A DNA stretch of 47,947 nt from a bacterium (GCA_031385045.1 JANNBC010000033.1:1-47947); one strand, 5' to 3'; counted from the first letter of the stretch, positions 1-11,800 are shown. A program made the numbers and translations. The notes: generated from the sequence alone by a model not told the origin.

Positions 1-2
1 TC

Positions 3-134
3 CAAGCTAAGCTTCCAAATCGTAAAAATAAAAATAGAAGTTACCCTCGAGTTATTAAAAATGGCAAAGATCGTTACGAAAAGGCAGCAGTTCTATCAAA
101 AAGTAATGGCGTAACTCTGGAGGAAGGTAAGTGA
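3..134 (+). mobile_element. 3' end of a probable IS4-family transposase gene (5' part outside the window)
   Basis: Frame from nt 3 reads QAKLPNRKNKNRSYPRVIKNGKDRYEKAAVLSKSNGVTLEEGK* (stop 132-134). It resembles the basic PRxxK..RY..AAxL tail of IS4-group transposases as I recall it. The stop sits inside GGTAAGTGACATTC (126-139), whose reverse complement GAATGTCACTTACC resembles IS4-group terminal repeats. Not in the ORF track. Confidence 0.55.
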
Positions 135-221
135 CATTCGAGGGAGGCTCCTCTTCCGCTCTTTTCTAAAAATTAAGTTAACAATTCTTGCTTAAGAATC
201 TAAATTTGTTAGCTTATAACG

Positions 222-770
222 ATGTCTAATTCCGAACCAGTTTATCAACATCGTGGAACTTTTGTTCAGCCTGTTGACACCACAGCATTAAATAATGTTT
301 TAAGTACTTATAATCCAATCGAGGTTGATTGTTGTGAGTCAGGCTTAAATTTAATTAGATTACGACATGGTTTAATAGCATCCTTATTAGAAACTCCTAA
401 AGATCTTAAAGATTATCGACATCTAATACAGCAGGTTACATCATTAGTTTCCAATCAAATTTGGGATTTAGAGGATCAACAAAAAATTCTAGAAATTTGT
501 TGTGCTAACTGGCAAAAGAAGTTACTTCCAAAATTGTCGAGGGAAGTTGGTCAAATAGTATCTGAGGAGCTAAAAGCGATACCCTGCTTACTTCGTGTAG
601 ACATAAAGTTCGCTATTAATAGACATGCGCTCCGTCAAACTCCTGTGGAAGATTTTTTATATGATCATATTTTACCAGTGCTACGACCACACAGCCTTGG
701 AGATACTATTATTGGATTAGTATTTAAAACCATAGAAAGAGAATATTCTAAGTTACTAGTTTTTGCTTAA
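222..770 (+). CDS. Hypothetical protein (182 aa, helical, no signal peptide)
   Basis: Long ORF filling the gap; overlaps the convergent yqjF by 23 nt; no recognisable motif. Confidence 0.65.
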   Translation: MSNSEPVYQHRGTFVQPVDTTALNNVLSTYNPIEVDCCESGLNLIRLRHGLIASLLETPKDLKDYRHLIQQVTSLVSNQIWDLEDQQKILEICCANWQKKLLPKLSREVGQIVSEELKAIPCLLRVDIKFAINRHALRQTPVEDFLYDHILPVLRPHSLGDTIIGLVFKTIEREYSKLLVFA

Positions 771-1515
771 TAATTAATTTCTTTAGTTTAAAGATCTGCA
801 CATCAACATTAGCCGACATACAAACATGATCAGGATTATTCTCTAGCGAATCAAAACCATTCCATTTCATCGGGGCATCACTAAAAGAAGCAAGCCTGAC
901 TTGTCTTAGTCGATAGGGAAGATGCCAAACACGCCCCGAGTATAATTGTGATTTATGCTTATTGTAGGAATACAAAAGATAACGATCAAGTAAGAATGAT
1001 TCTAGAGTTTCAGGATTTGGGGGATCTAAAATTTCACCTGGAAAATATTCATATTCAGCTGTTTCTTGAGAACCAACTCTTAGCGCTGAGTATTGAATAC
1101 CCGAATCTTGGTAGCTTGCTGACATTTTTGCTAAATAATAACTAAGTGCAAAAATTTTTTGAGCTATTAATACTGCAATTCTTCTATTGGCATCTAGTGA
1201 GTAGAACCAGACTCCAGGAATACCATTTTGGTCAATCACATAAGTGCGAACATTTACTTCTTGAAAGTAGGAGAGGTGGGGGAGTGACGGAAGATATGCA
1301 GGGCGTACTGCTTGCATGAAAAATGGGACGATGCCGATATAAGCATTTCCAGCAAATTGATCGACGAATAATCCAGTGGGCAAAGTAGTTTGAAGCCATT
1401 TGGGAGAAATTTTCCAATGGAGAAATAATAAGTTTTCCCAACGTTGAAACATTACTGGGGATTCCCCAAGTGGATATGTTTTAAATGCTTGGCGCGCCTG
1501 AGATGTTGAGAACAT
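748..1515 (-). CDS. yqjF: YqjF family protein (DUF2071)
   Basis: Family motifs MFQRWENLLFLHW, EVNVRTYV, GVWFYSLDA and FLLDRY. Confidence 0.9.
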   Translation of the reverse strand: MFSTSQARQAFKTYPLGESPVMFQRWENLLFLHWKISPKWLQTTLPTGLFVDQFAGNAYIGIVPFFMQAVRPAYLPSLPHLSYFQEVNVRTYVIDQNGIPGVWFYSLDANRRIAVLIAQKIFALSYYLAKMSASYQDSGIQYSALRVGSQETAEYEYFPGEILDPPNPETLESFLLDRYLLYSYNKHKSQLYSGRVWHLPYRLRQVRLASFSDAPMKWNGFDSLENNPDHVCMSANVDVQIFKLKKLIIKQKLVT

Positions 1516-1613
1516 GGAGGGTAAACTTGAAAATTAAATTTTTATTTTTAAATCTGACGGTCGTTAGAATTAGTAATTACATTTATTCGAAAAGTTGGGG
1601 CGATCTTGGTTAA

Positions 1614-3437
1614 TTACTTACTAGCAACTTGTGCCCCTTCAAGCCTTTCTGTTTGTGCTTTTTTAATCATCAAAGCAACAAACATTTTTTCAGCAGCCTT
1701 ATTTTTAAAATCATCATTAGGATTTCGACCTGAAGATTTAGCCCAATTATTATAAGTTTCTGGAGTCACATACGAATCTTTACCATTTGCTCCATAATAA
1801 AGTAGCATTTCCGATAATCTTCTGCGAAATAATCCATCACTAAAGATATATGTGCCAGTTCCATTTTCCCTAACTTTATTAAACAAACAGAGATACGCTC
1901 CGATATCTTTATTGCCTTTATTTAATTCTGCACAAAGTGTTGATTTATCTAAGGCTCCAGTATTGAAATCAAATGAGACAAGTGCTGCGAATTGATTTGG
2001 CGTAAGTTGTTTTAGAGTAGAAGTTGTAATTAAGTTTTCAACTCTTTTTACATGTTTACTCAAATCTTCACTAAGCACGGCAACAGCTTGTTTTTCAGAA
2101 AGTGCAGGACCATTAACGATAGTAGGTCTGGTACAACCATAGCCTATTGTTGGTACGCCTGCCTGACATAGATATTTATTTGCGCGAAAGCTTTCAAATG
2201 TTTTGATTAAATCAAGTCCATCCTTGGAGACACATAGCTTTGCTAAATTGATCACCGACATTTTTTCAGTGGGCTTAGGTTCAATAGTTTTGGAAATTGA
2301 TTCTAGGCGTGAATCTTGATCTCCATTTTGTTTTGTAAGTTTTAAAATTTCTTGTGCTTCTGAAGCTCTTAAGTCGGGGATAATAATTTGAGCATTGTCG
2401 TTAAGTCGATTTGGATTAAATGATCGATCAAGTAAAGTATTTAATTTAATTGTTAGCTCTACAGTTTTACTTACTTGAGCACTAGAAAGATAAGGGAACT
2501 GATTATCAATAGTTTTCCAAAGTGTTCCTTGCAATTTAGTAAACTTAAAGGAGTTTACTCTTTCACTACTAAGTGCTGTAAGCATTTGGTGTGCTTTCTC
2601 TGGTTCGTAACTATAGGTGTAAGTAGTTTCAGGTTTGTTAGTTTGAAAATTTGAAGGAATAAAGCCATGAACTAAGCCTGCTGAGGTGAAATAATTGGTA
2701 AATTCTTGATTGCTAAAAGGAATTGTAATGCCTCTGTCTGGCATCTTAAGCTGTTGAATAAAGCCAAAGACACAACCTTCGGCATATGATGGTTTTAAAT
2801 TATCAGGCAGAGCTAAGAAATCTTTAGTAGCCTGGTCACGATTAAATTCAAAAAGTCCCGACCTAACTTCTACTCCAGTGGAATCCTTCAGCGGAGTAAA
2901 GCCAAATAGTAATCCCTGCTTTTTTACCCATGAAATTGCTAACTCTGTTTCAAGTTGCAACACATTATTTAATTGTCCTTCAACACTTCCAATTTTTAAA
3001 TCAATTCCATAACGTCTAGCTTCGTTACTCATTTCCATAAAATGAACACCAGTAATTAATTCTAAGTTTTTACCTTGGTAATTTAAAGCGCAGAAATGAA
3101 CTGTTTCACCTTTTGTCCCTGTTGTTTGAAGAATTGTTGGTACAAAATCTTTTTGGTAGTTGTGCCTTGGGGCATCTATTAATTGTAATTGATTTTTGTT
3201 TGTAATTGATTCTTCTTTTGCGAGCTGATGTTCGGGATATGCCAGCTTTTCTAATCCGTAGTTTACAGTTTTTAAGCCCGCGGTTACGGAAGTTCCAACA
3301 ATCAGTATGGCTCTAATCGATCTAATTACTTTTTGAGTATGAGAATTAATTGGTAAGTCAGTCCTAATTCCAAGGCGATGTAACTTTGGTTCCTCAGAAG
3401 GTGGAGCTAGTTTATCTGTTTGTTGCTGCCTGGCCAT
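1614..3437 (-). CDS. 607-aa protein: N-terminal hydrophobic anchor, ~350-aa unknown region, C-terminal GH24 (phage-type) lysozyme domain
   Basis: C-terminal part GLDLIKTFESFRANKYLCQAGVPTIGYG has the catalytic E-X8-C-X5-T triad. It also has LTPNQFAALVSFDFNTG, STL and GLFRRRLSE. Hydrophobic segment IRAILIVGTSVTAGL near aa 41-55. Confidence 0.85.
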   Translation of the reverse strand: MARQQQTDKLAPPSEEPKLHRLGIRTDLPINSHTQKVIRSIRAILIVGTSVTAGLKTVNYGLEKLAYPEHQLAKEESITNKNQLQLIDAPRHNYQKDFVPTILQTTGTKGETVHFCALNYQGKNLELITGVHFMEMSNEARRYGIDLKIGSVEGQLNNVLQLETELAISWVKKQGLLFGFTPLKDSTGVEVRSGLFEFNRDQATKDFLALPDNLKPSYAEGCVFGFIQQLKMPDRGITIPFSNQEFTNYFTSAGLVHGFIPSNFQTNKPETTYTYSYEPEKAHQMLTALSSERVNSFKFTKLQGTLWKTIDNQFPYLSSAQVSKTVELTIKLNTLLDRSFNPNRLNDNAQIIIPDLRASEAQEILKLTKQNGDQDSRLESISKTIEPKPTEKMSVINLAKLCVSKDGLDLIKTFESFRANKYLCQAGVPTIGYGCTRPTIVNGPALSEKQAVAVLSEDLSKHVKRVENLITTSTLKQLTPNQFAALVSFDFNTGALDKSTLCAELNKGNKDIGAYLCLFNKVRENGTGTYIFSDGLFRRRLSEMLLYYGANGKDSYVTPETYNNWAKSSGRNPNDDFKNKAAEKMFVALMIKKAQTERLEGAQVASK

Positions 3438-3481
3438 CGACTTGATCTGTTAGGGAATCATTAAAGTTAATTTAATTATTA

Positions 3482-3508
3482 ATATCGACAGATGAGGAAT
3501 TCTCTTAA
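3482..3508 (-). promoter_or_regulatory. Putative sigma-28 (FliA-type) promoter of the lysozyme-fusion gene
   Basis: Minus strand reads TTAA-N15-GTCGATAT, against the consensus TAAA-N15-GCCGATAA; about 45 nt upstream of the ATG at 3437. Confidence 0.5.
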
Positions 3509-3649
3509 GGAGTATTTTCGATTTGGAAGTTAGCTAAAAGTACTTTTTCAATTGTTAACATCCTGATTTTTTTAGGTTTATTATTTTTGCCTCATTTTTA
3601 TGAAACTACACTAACTGTGAGCTAGAGGATATTTGCATTGCTAATTCAG

Positions 3650-5191
3650 CTAGAAACTCATGGAAATCAAGTAATCAACTGGAGAGAATTTGTCTGTTAG
3701 TAATTGATATCGTTGAAGTTCCTGATTATTGATCTTTATTATTTTCTCCTCAAAATGCTTTTCCTTTAGATAGTCCCATTGACGCTGAATTAACTCGCTT
3801 GCATCAATTTTGCTTTGAGTAGAAATGGCAATGATATTTTGAAATTCTTCAGATTTGGTATCATTCAGTACAATAAAGATTGTATTTGGAAAAACATTTT
3901 TTATTGTTCTAATCAAAGAGTAGGTAAAAGATTTTTTTGTCTTTTTAAGATTGCCAATAATATTTGTTAGCAATAATCCATTATTGGCCAATTTTGATTT
4001 TGCCTCTTCAAAAAACTCGTTTGTTGTGAAGTGACTAGGCATAGAATAAAGCGACCTGTAGACATCGCAAAAAATTAGATCATAATGTTTTTGATTTTTT
4101 TTAAAAAAAAGCCTTCCATCAATTAAATGATTTTGGAGCCTAGAATCATTACTAACACCAAAATATTTCTTTCCAAGTTCAAGTAATTCTGGCTCAATTT
4201 CAGCTACATCAACTACTCCACTGGGAGTCAAATATTTTAAGATCGCCTGAGGGATAATATAGGCACCACCTCCTAGGATTAATGCTTGGTTTAACTCTGG
4301 CTTAAAAATTCGAAAGATTTCAAAATAATCAGCATATTCGTATGCTGATTTAAAATCATCTAAATAGATTGCTCCAGAGTTAGTGCGATCTTGTTCCATA
4401 AATCTTGCTGGGCGACCATAGGCTTCACCATCAAAAACTCGAATTCTTTCGTATAGACCATTGGAGCTATGTAGGATTTTTAATCCGCTCGGAGTTTTAA
4501 ACTTATCTTCGAAAATAAATGGAAAGGCTGAGATGCTTAAAATAAAAAATATTAGCAGTGAGATTTTAAACATATCTGAAAATTTATGCTTTTGACAAAG
4601 TAGACCTAGGCAACCAATTAGAGAAAGTAGGATTGCAACGGTAATGATAATTGAATCAATTGGAAAGTTTGGAACAAGAATAAAGCCAGTAAGGAGACTT
4701 CCAATTATACTTCCTGCTGTTGACCAAAAGAAAATTTCACCACTGATTCGTCCGATCCCAACACGCGGATATCTTTCACTAACAAGTTTAATTGCAAATG
4801 GGCAGAGTAAGCCTAGTAACAGACAGGGGATAAATAACATTAGGCAACTTGCGACTAAGGGGCCAGTAATAATTGAAAGTTGTTCCGAAAGTTTTGGAAG
4901 AAGTACTAAGTCAAAGATATAAATTCCATAGGAGGCAACTCCTCCCGACATGATTATCAGATAGAAAATTTTTGCTGATGGAAATCGATCTGCTAAAATT
5001 CCTCCAATAAAGTAACCGATAGCTAAGGCTAGTAATACTACACTTAAAATACTGGAGATTGAAAAGATTGTATTTCCAAAGTAAGGAGCAAAGAGTCTAG
5101 TAGCCAGAATTTCTAATATTAAGATGGCTGTTCCAGTTAAGAAGACCATCAACTGGTACTCAGTTCGTTTAAATAATAAATTTAGATTCAT
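3650..5191 (-). CDS. Fused membrane domain / spermidine synthase-like SAM-dependent protein
   Basis: N-terminal multi-TM region (LEILATRLFAPYFGNTIF...GYFIGGILADR). C-terminal SAM-binding fold with ILGGGAY, VAEIEP, DGRLF, YDLIFCDVY and HFTTNEFF. Confidence 0.88.
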   Translation of the reverse strand: MNLNLLFKRTEYQLMVFLTGTAILILEILATRLFAPYFGNTIFSISSILSVVLLALAIGYFIGGILADRFPSAKIFYLIIMSGGVASYGIYIFDLVLLPKLSEQLSIITGPLVASCLMLFIPCLLLGLLCPFAIKLVSERYPRVGIGRISGEIFFWSTAGSIIGSLLTGFILVPNFPIDSIIITVAILLSLIGCLGLLCQKHKFSDMFKISLLIFFILSISAFPFIFEDKFKTPSGLKILHSSNGLYERIRVFDGEAYGRPARFMEQDRTNSGAIYLDDFKSAYEYADYFEIFRIFKPELNQALILGGGAYIIPQAILKYLTPSGVVDVAEIEPELLELGKKYFGVSNDSRLQNHLIDGRLFFKKNQKHYDLIFCDVYRSLYSMPSHFTTNEFFEEAKSKLANNGLLLTNIIGNLKKTKKSFTYSLIRTIKNVFPNTIFIVLNDTKSEEFQNIIAISTQSKIDASELIQRQWDYLKEKHFEEKIIKINNQELQRYQLLTDKFSPVDYLISMSF

Positions 5192-5779
5192 TATAGATAT
5201 GAAAAATAGGTTTTATTGGAGACTGGTATCATTAGTCAGTATTTTTTTGTCCTGTGATTTTTATGTAAATTTATTAACTGCTATGTCTTAATTACAAGGT
5301 CGAGATTCGTTATTGGGTAATTCCAATTTTATTAAACTTAAACTTCAGATTAGTTTGTACTTAAAAATCTCTTTCTAAGTTATTAAAGTTATCTAACTAG
5401 GTAGCGAATCTTAATATTGACTATAACAGCTTAAAATTTCTTTAAAAGATAGTAATGTGAAGCATAAATTATGAATTTGTAATTCGATTATGCAAAAATA
5501 AGCACTAGGGAGCCAGCTGTTTTTTAAATTGAGCAAGATATTCGCGGCTAATTTGCGATTTTATCTAAAATTTTAGATTCTTTGGTATTACTTTGAGTCT
5601 AAATCTATAATTGAAACATCTCATAACGAGCCAAAGATGTATTGGCTTTGTTAATTTGCCAAAAGCCTTTAGTTATTCTTTTTAGTTTTTGTTGCAGAGG
5701 GTAAGTCGTTTTATCTATTGCAGATTTACTCTAAGTATAATTAAAGTGATTTACTAGATAATTTTTTTTAGATATTTTC

Positions 5780-5807
5780 TAAAGTAATCCATTTCCTTCG
5801 ACGAATG
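5780..5807 (+). promoter_or_regulatory. Possible sigma-28-type promoter of the giant adhesin
   Basis: TAAAG-N15-GACGAATG; weaker -10 match; would imply translation from the ATG at 5826. Confidence 0.3.
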
Positions 5808-8800
5808 ACCTTCTTAATAAATTATATGAAATTTCATAACCACCCCAGTTCTTATTCAAAATTTCTTCTTTTCATTGTTGTTTCATTTTTTCTTTTTATT
5901 CAGAATGCCAGTGCTGGAGGTGGTGGACCTACTGTAACTCTGAGTGTTGTTGGTGGGTCAACGATTGCTGAAGCTGCGGGTTCAACGACTATTAGAGCTA
6001 CATTGAGTGCTACTAGCGGTAGCACTGTCACAGTTAACTTAGCTTATACTGGAACGGCGACTAACGTCACTGACTATACTAGATCTGGTACATCTATTGT
6101 TATTCCAAGTGGATCTACTACTGGTAATGTTACTGTTACCGCAGTAAACGATTCAGCTATTGAAGGAAATGAAACAATTATTACCGATATCTCTAGCGTT
6201 ACAAACGGTTCTGAGAGTGGAACACAGCAGGTTACTGTTACAATTACAGATGATGAGCATTGCGATGCTTCTTCCTTAGCAGTTGCTCAAGAATCTCATT
6301 ATGCAACTAGCTCGGTCTATTCATTTTTAGTTGATTATGCACCTCCTGGATCTAATCCAACAATTACTAATGGATATGTTGCCTATAAGGTTACTAATAA
6401 TACTGGTGCAGCGCTTACTGACTTATGGGTAAAGCTAGTAAATTTTTCAGGATCAGTTTTATCTTTAGCGACGCATGAGACTGGAGTTTATCACGTAGGT
6501 CCGCTTGCTAGTGGAGCATCTAGGTATGTTTATTTCTTTTTGAAAGCAAGTTCCGGCTCTGGAACTAATCAGACCCATAACGTTGCTTTATATGAAGGTA
6601 ACCCAAGTCTTGTCAGCCCAATTTGTGGTGCCAATTATAATTATACAGTTTCTAATTCCATTCGAGCTAATGCCAATCAGGTCGATGCTACCTTTACATA
6701 TCCAGTAGCGCCTTCACCACCTGAACTTGGAGCAATTGCTCAACTTGGAGTTCAAGGGAACACCGGGACAATCGGCAGTGCTCTTCCGCCATTCTCTGGT
6801 AATCCAGCGGCATTTGATAACTGGCCTGCTGATAAATTTGTTTTATATGATAGTAAAATTGCCTATAATGCTCAGGCCGATGGGACAATTCCAAATAGTC
6901 AGAAAGGTACTCTTCGTCCAACTGTTCCTGGTTCAGGAAATTATGATTATGTAATTACTTATTATTTTAAAGTTCAAGGCAGTACGGCAACTGATACTAC
7001 GGTTTTTCCAATCAATTTTATTTCTAGTGGAAACCAGATTAAATATGTTTCGCCTTCATATGATCCGAATAATCCCGTCGGAAATCCACTTTTTCCACCA
7101 ATCTTACCACCTGAGAACTTTGTCACTTTAACAATTGATGCTGTTCCAACAAATCTGCCTACTGGTGGAACTACCGCTTATACAATTACCTTAACTAACG
7201 CAGGTACTGGCGCTGTTACCTTAGATGATATTATTGCCAATCTTGCGACTAGTCCTGGAAATGTTCTACCAGTTAGTGGAACATCTAAATTTAATAATGT
7301 AACGATTGCTAATCCAGTACAGTCCGGGGGAACATTTACTTGGTATGGACTTTTTACGGTTCCAGCAGGGCAGAGTCTAACATTAACATTTGATGCTACT
7401 GTCCCAAGTACTTGTGGTGCATATGATGCAACAGCCCTTGGACATGTTGGAAGTACACAAATAGATTCAACTGTTAATATTAATGATAATAGTCTTGATT
7501 CTGTTTCATTAACAGTTGGTGTTGATACTGATTCGGACGGAACACCTGATTGTAGCGAAACCTGTGATAATGATCCTGCTAAATTAGCTCCTGGAATTTG
7601 TGGTTGCGGTACTGCAGATACAGATACAGATTCTGATGGCACGCCAGATTGTAATGAAACTTGTGATAGTGATCCAGCAAAACTAGCCCCTGGTGCTTGT
7701 GGTTGCGGTGTTGCTGATACTGATAGTGATTCTGATGGTACGCCAAATTGTAATGAAACATGCGACAATGATCCAGCCAAATTAGCACCTGGTGCCTGTG
7801 GTTGTGGAGTTGCGGATACAGATACAGATTCTGATGGAACACCTGATTGTAACGAAACCTGTGATAGTGATCCAGCTAAGTTAGCCCCAGGTGCCTGCGG
7901 TTGTGGAGTTGCCGATACTGATAGTGATTCCGATGGTACACCAAATTGTAATGAAACATGCGACAATGATCCAGCCAAATTAGCACCAGGTATTTGTGGT
8001 TGTGGTACAGCGGATACTGATACAGATTCTGATGGCACGCCAGATTGTAATGAAACTTGTGATAGTGATCCAGCAAAACTAGCCCCTGGTGCTTGCGGTT
8101 GCGGTGTTGCTGATACTGATAGTGATTCTGATGGTACGCCAAATTGTAACGAAACCTGTGATAACGATCCAGGCAAATTAGCACCAGGTATTTGTGGTTG
8201 TGGTACAGCGGATACTGATAGTGATTCTGATGGAACTGCTGATTGTAATGAAACCTGTGATAACGATCCAGCTAAATTAGTACCTGGTGTTTGTGGTTGT
8301 GGAATCGCTGATACAGATAGTGATTCTGATGGAACTGCTGATTGTAATGAAACCTGTGATGCTGATCCAGCTAAGTTAGCACCTGGAGCCTGCGGTTGCG
8401 GAGTTGCTGATACTGATACAGATTCTGATGGAACTGCTGATTGTAATGAAACCTGTGATTCTGACCCAGCTAAATTAGCACCTGGTGCTTGTGGATGTGG
8501 AGTTGCTGATACTGATACGGATTCTGATGGAACTGCTGACTGTATTGATGCTTGTTCGGCTGATCCGGCTAAGATTGTTGTGGGAATATGTGGATGTGGA
8601 GTTGCTGATACAGATACAGATTCTGATGGAACTGCTGATTGTAATGAAACCTGTGATGCTGATCCAGCTAAGTTAGCACCTGGTACTTGTGGTTGCGGAG
8701 TTGCTGATACAGATACAGATTCTGATGGCACACCTGATTGTAATGAAACTTGTGATGCTGATCCAGCTAAATTAGCACCTGGTACATGTGGTTGTGGAAT

Positions 8801-11800
8801 TGCGGAGACAGATAGCGATTCCGATGGCACAGCTGATTGTAATGAAACTTGTGATGCTGATCCAGCTAAATTAGCACCTGGTACATGTGGTTGTGGAGTT
8901 GCTGACACAGATTCTGATTCTGATGGTACTGCTGATTGTATAGATGCTTGCTCAGCTGATCCTGCTAAAATTGCAGTTGGGGCATGTGGCTGTGGAGTTG
9001 TAGATACTGATACAGATTCTGACGGAACAGCTGATTGCAATGAAACCTGCGACGCAGACCCTGCCAAACTTGCACCTGGTATTTGTGGTTGTGGAATCGC
9101 TGATACAGATTCTGATTTAGACGGAACTGCTGACTGTAACGAAACTTGCGATGCTGATCCTGATAAACTTTCCCCTGGTATCTGTGGATGTGGAATTGCG
9201 GATACAGATAGCGATTCTGATGGAACGCCTGATTGTAACGAGACCTGTGATAATGATCCAGCAAAATTTGCCCCTGGTGCCTGTGGTTGTGGAGTTGCTG
9301 ACACTGACACAGATTCTGATGGCACACCTGATTGTAATGAAACGTGTGATGCTGATCCAGCTAAGTTAGCTCCTGGTGATTGCGGTTGCGGAGTCGCTGA
9401 CACAGATACTGATTCTGATGGTACAGCAGATTGTATAGATGCTTGTTCAGCTGATCCAGCTAAAATTGCAGTTGGTGCTTGTGGATGTGGCGTTGCCGAT
9501 ACAGATACAGACTCTGATGGTACACCTGATTGTAACGAAACTTGCGATAGTGATCCAGCAAAATTAGCTCCTGGCACCTGTGGATGTGGAGTTGCAGACA
9601 CAGATACTGATTCTGATGGTACACCTGATTGCAATGAAACCTGTGATAGTGATCCAGCAAAATTAGCTCCTGGCACCTGTGGTTGTGGAGTTGCCGATAC
9701 TGATACAGATTCTGACGGTACACCTGATTGCAATGAAACTTGTGATGCAGATCCTGCCAAGTTAGCCCCTGGAGCCTGCGGTTGCGGAGTTGCAGATACT
9801 GACACTGATTCTGATGGCACACCAGATTGTAATGAAACTTGTGATGCCGATCCTGCCAAGTTAGCACCAGGTGCTTGTGGTTGCGGAGTCGCAGACACTG
9901 ACACAGATTCTGATGGCACACCTGATTGTAATGAAACTTGTGATAGTGATCCAGCAAAACTAGCCCCTGGAGTTTGTGGCTGTGGAATTGCGGATACAGA
10001 TACTGACTCTGATGGCACACTAGATTGTAATGAAACTTGTGACGCTGATCCTGCGAAGCTAGCCCCCGGTGCCTGTGGTTGCGGAGTCGCCGACACAGAT
10101 ACTGATTCTGATGGTACGGCAGATTGTATAGACGCTTGTTCCGCTGATCCAGCTAAAATTACTGTTGGTACCTGTGGATGTGGCGTTGCCGATACTGATA
10201 CAGACTCTGATGCTACACCTGATTGTAATGAAACATGTGATAGCGATCCAGCAAAACTAGTTCCTGGTTCATGTGGTTGTGGAGTTGCTGATACCGACAC
10301 AGATTCTGATGGTACGCCTGATTGTAGTGAAACTTGTGACTCCGATCCTGTTAAGTTAGCACCTGGTGTCTGTGGTTGTGGAGTTGCAGATACTGATACA
10401 GATTCTGACGGAACACCTGATTGTAATGAAACCTGTGATGCTGATTCTGCTAAATTAGCACCTGGTGCTTGTGGTTGTGGAGTAGCTGATACTGATACAG
10501 ATTCTGATGGAACGCCTGATTGTAACGAGACTTGTGATAGTGATCCAGCAAAACTTGCGCCTGGAACATGTGGCTGTGGTGTAGCAGACACTGATTCAGA
10601 TTCGGATGGCACGGCTGATTGCAATGAAACTTGTGACGCCGATCCTGCGAAGTTAGCCCCTGGAGTTTGTGGTTGTGGAGTAGCTGATACAGATACAGAC
10701 TCTGATGGCACACCAGATTGTAATGAAACTTGTGATAGTGATCCAGCAAAACTTATTCCTGGGCTATGCGGTTGCGGAGTTCCGGAAGGTAGTTGTGGAA
10801 CAGGGTCTATTTCATCAAAAGTTTGGAATGACTTGGATCGTAACGGATTATTTGATGCTCATGAGCCACCACTTCCAAATATCACTGTCGAGTTATACGA
10901 TGAAAACGATCTATTAATTGACACTGTCGTTAGTGGAATTGATGGAAGTTTTGAATTTACTGGATTAGCGAGCGGAAATTATTATCTTAAGTTTATTGGT
11001 TTTGATGGAGTTGAATTAACAATTAGTCATGTAAACAATAGCTTAATCGATAGTGATGCCGATAGTAGCACTGGTAAAACAGCAGTATTCTCAATTTCAG
11101 CTAGTAGTGTCGTAGATTCGATTAGTGCTGGGTATTATATGGGAACTAGTTGTAACTTTGTTGATTTTGATCTAGATGGAATTGAGGATTCAACTGATAT
11201 TGATGATGATAATGATGGTATTCTAGATAGTACTGAACAAGGAATTGATAGTGATTCTGATGGTCAAGAGAATGCACGTGATCTTGATAGTGATAATGAT
11301 GGTATTGAAGATCTGTTTGAGGCACAAAGCCATATTGGATTTGCCTACCTCAGTTTCATCGATATCGATCTAGATGGTCTAGATGATGCTCTAGATCCAA
11401 GTCAGGGCGGAGTTAATGTTCAGCCTGTTGATACTGATGAAGATCTAACTCCCGATTATTTAGATTTAGATTCTGATAATGATACGATCAGTGATAACCA
11501 AGAAGCTTTCCTCTCCGATGAATTTCTTCCGCCGTTATTTACTGATATCGATTGTGATGGACTTGATGATGCTTACTTAACTCGTCGTTCCTATTTAATC
11601 GAGGAGTTTGATTTTGACAGTTCTAACATTCCTGATTTTAGGGAGTTTAATTTAGATTGTGTAAACCGTTCATTAGCAGGTAAGAGCACGGCCGTTGATG
11701 GTACAGCATTAAATATGTTAAAGCACTTTAACAGAACTTTAAAGTACAAAATTAAACACTCTCAAACTCAAACTATCTGTTCATCTATTTCAGATAGCCG

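Noticed and set aside
1614..3437. Prophage lysis cassette
   Set aside because: No holin, spanin, integrase or structural phage genes adjacent.
4095..4110. T8A8 slippery palindrome in the spermidine-synthase-like gene
   Set aside because: Expected in AT-rich DNA; the ORF reads through with conserved downstream motifs.
7178..10711. 1177-aa antisense ORF (S/P/Q/A-rich) and the short ORFs nested in the repeat array
   Set aside because: Shadow of the adhesin repeat: one stop-free antisense unit repeated 33 times gives a long ORF. The plus strand carries the signal peptide and coherent domains.
7524..10790. 99-bp array as a CRISPR array or DGR template
   Set aside because: No unique spacers, in-frame coding with mostly synonymous variation, and no cas or reverse transcriptase gene in the window.
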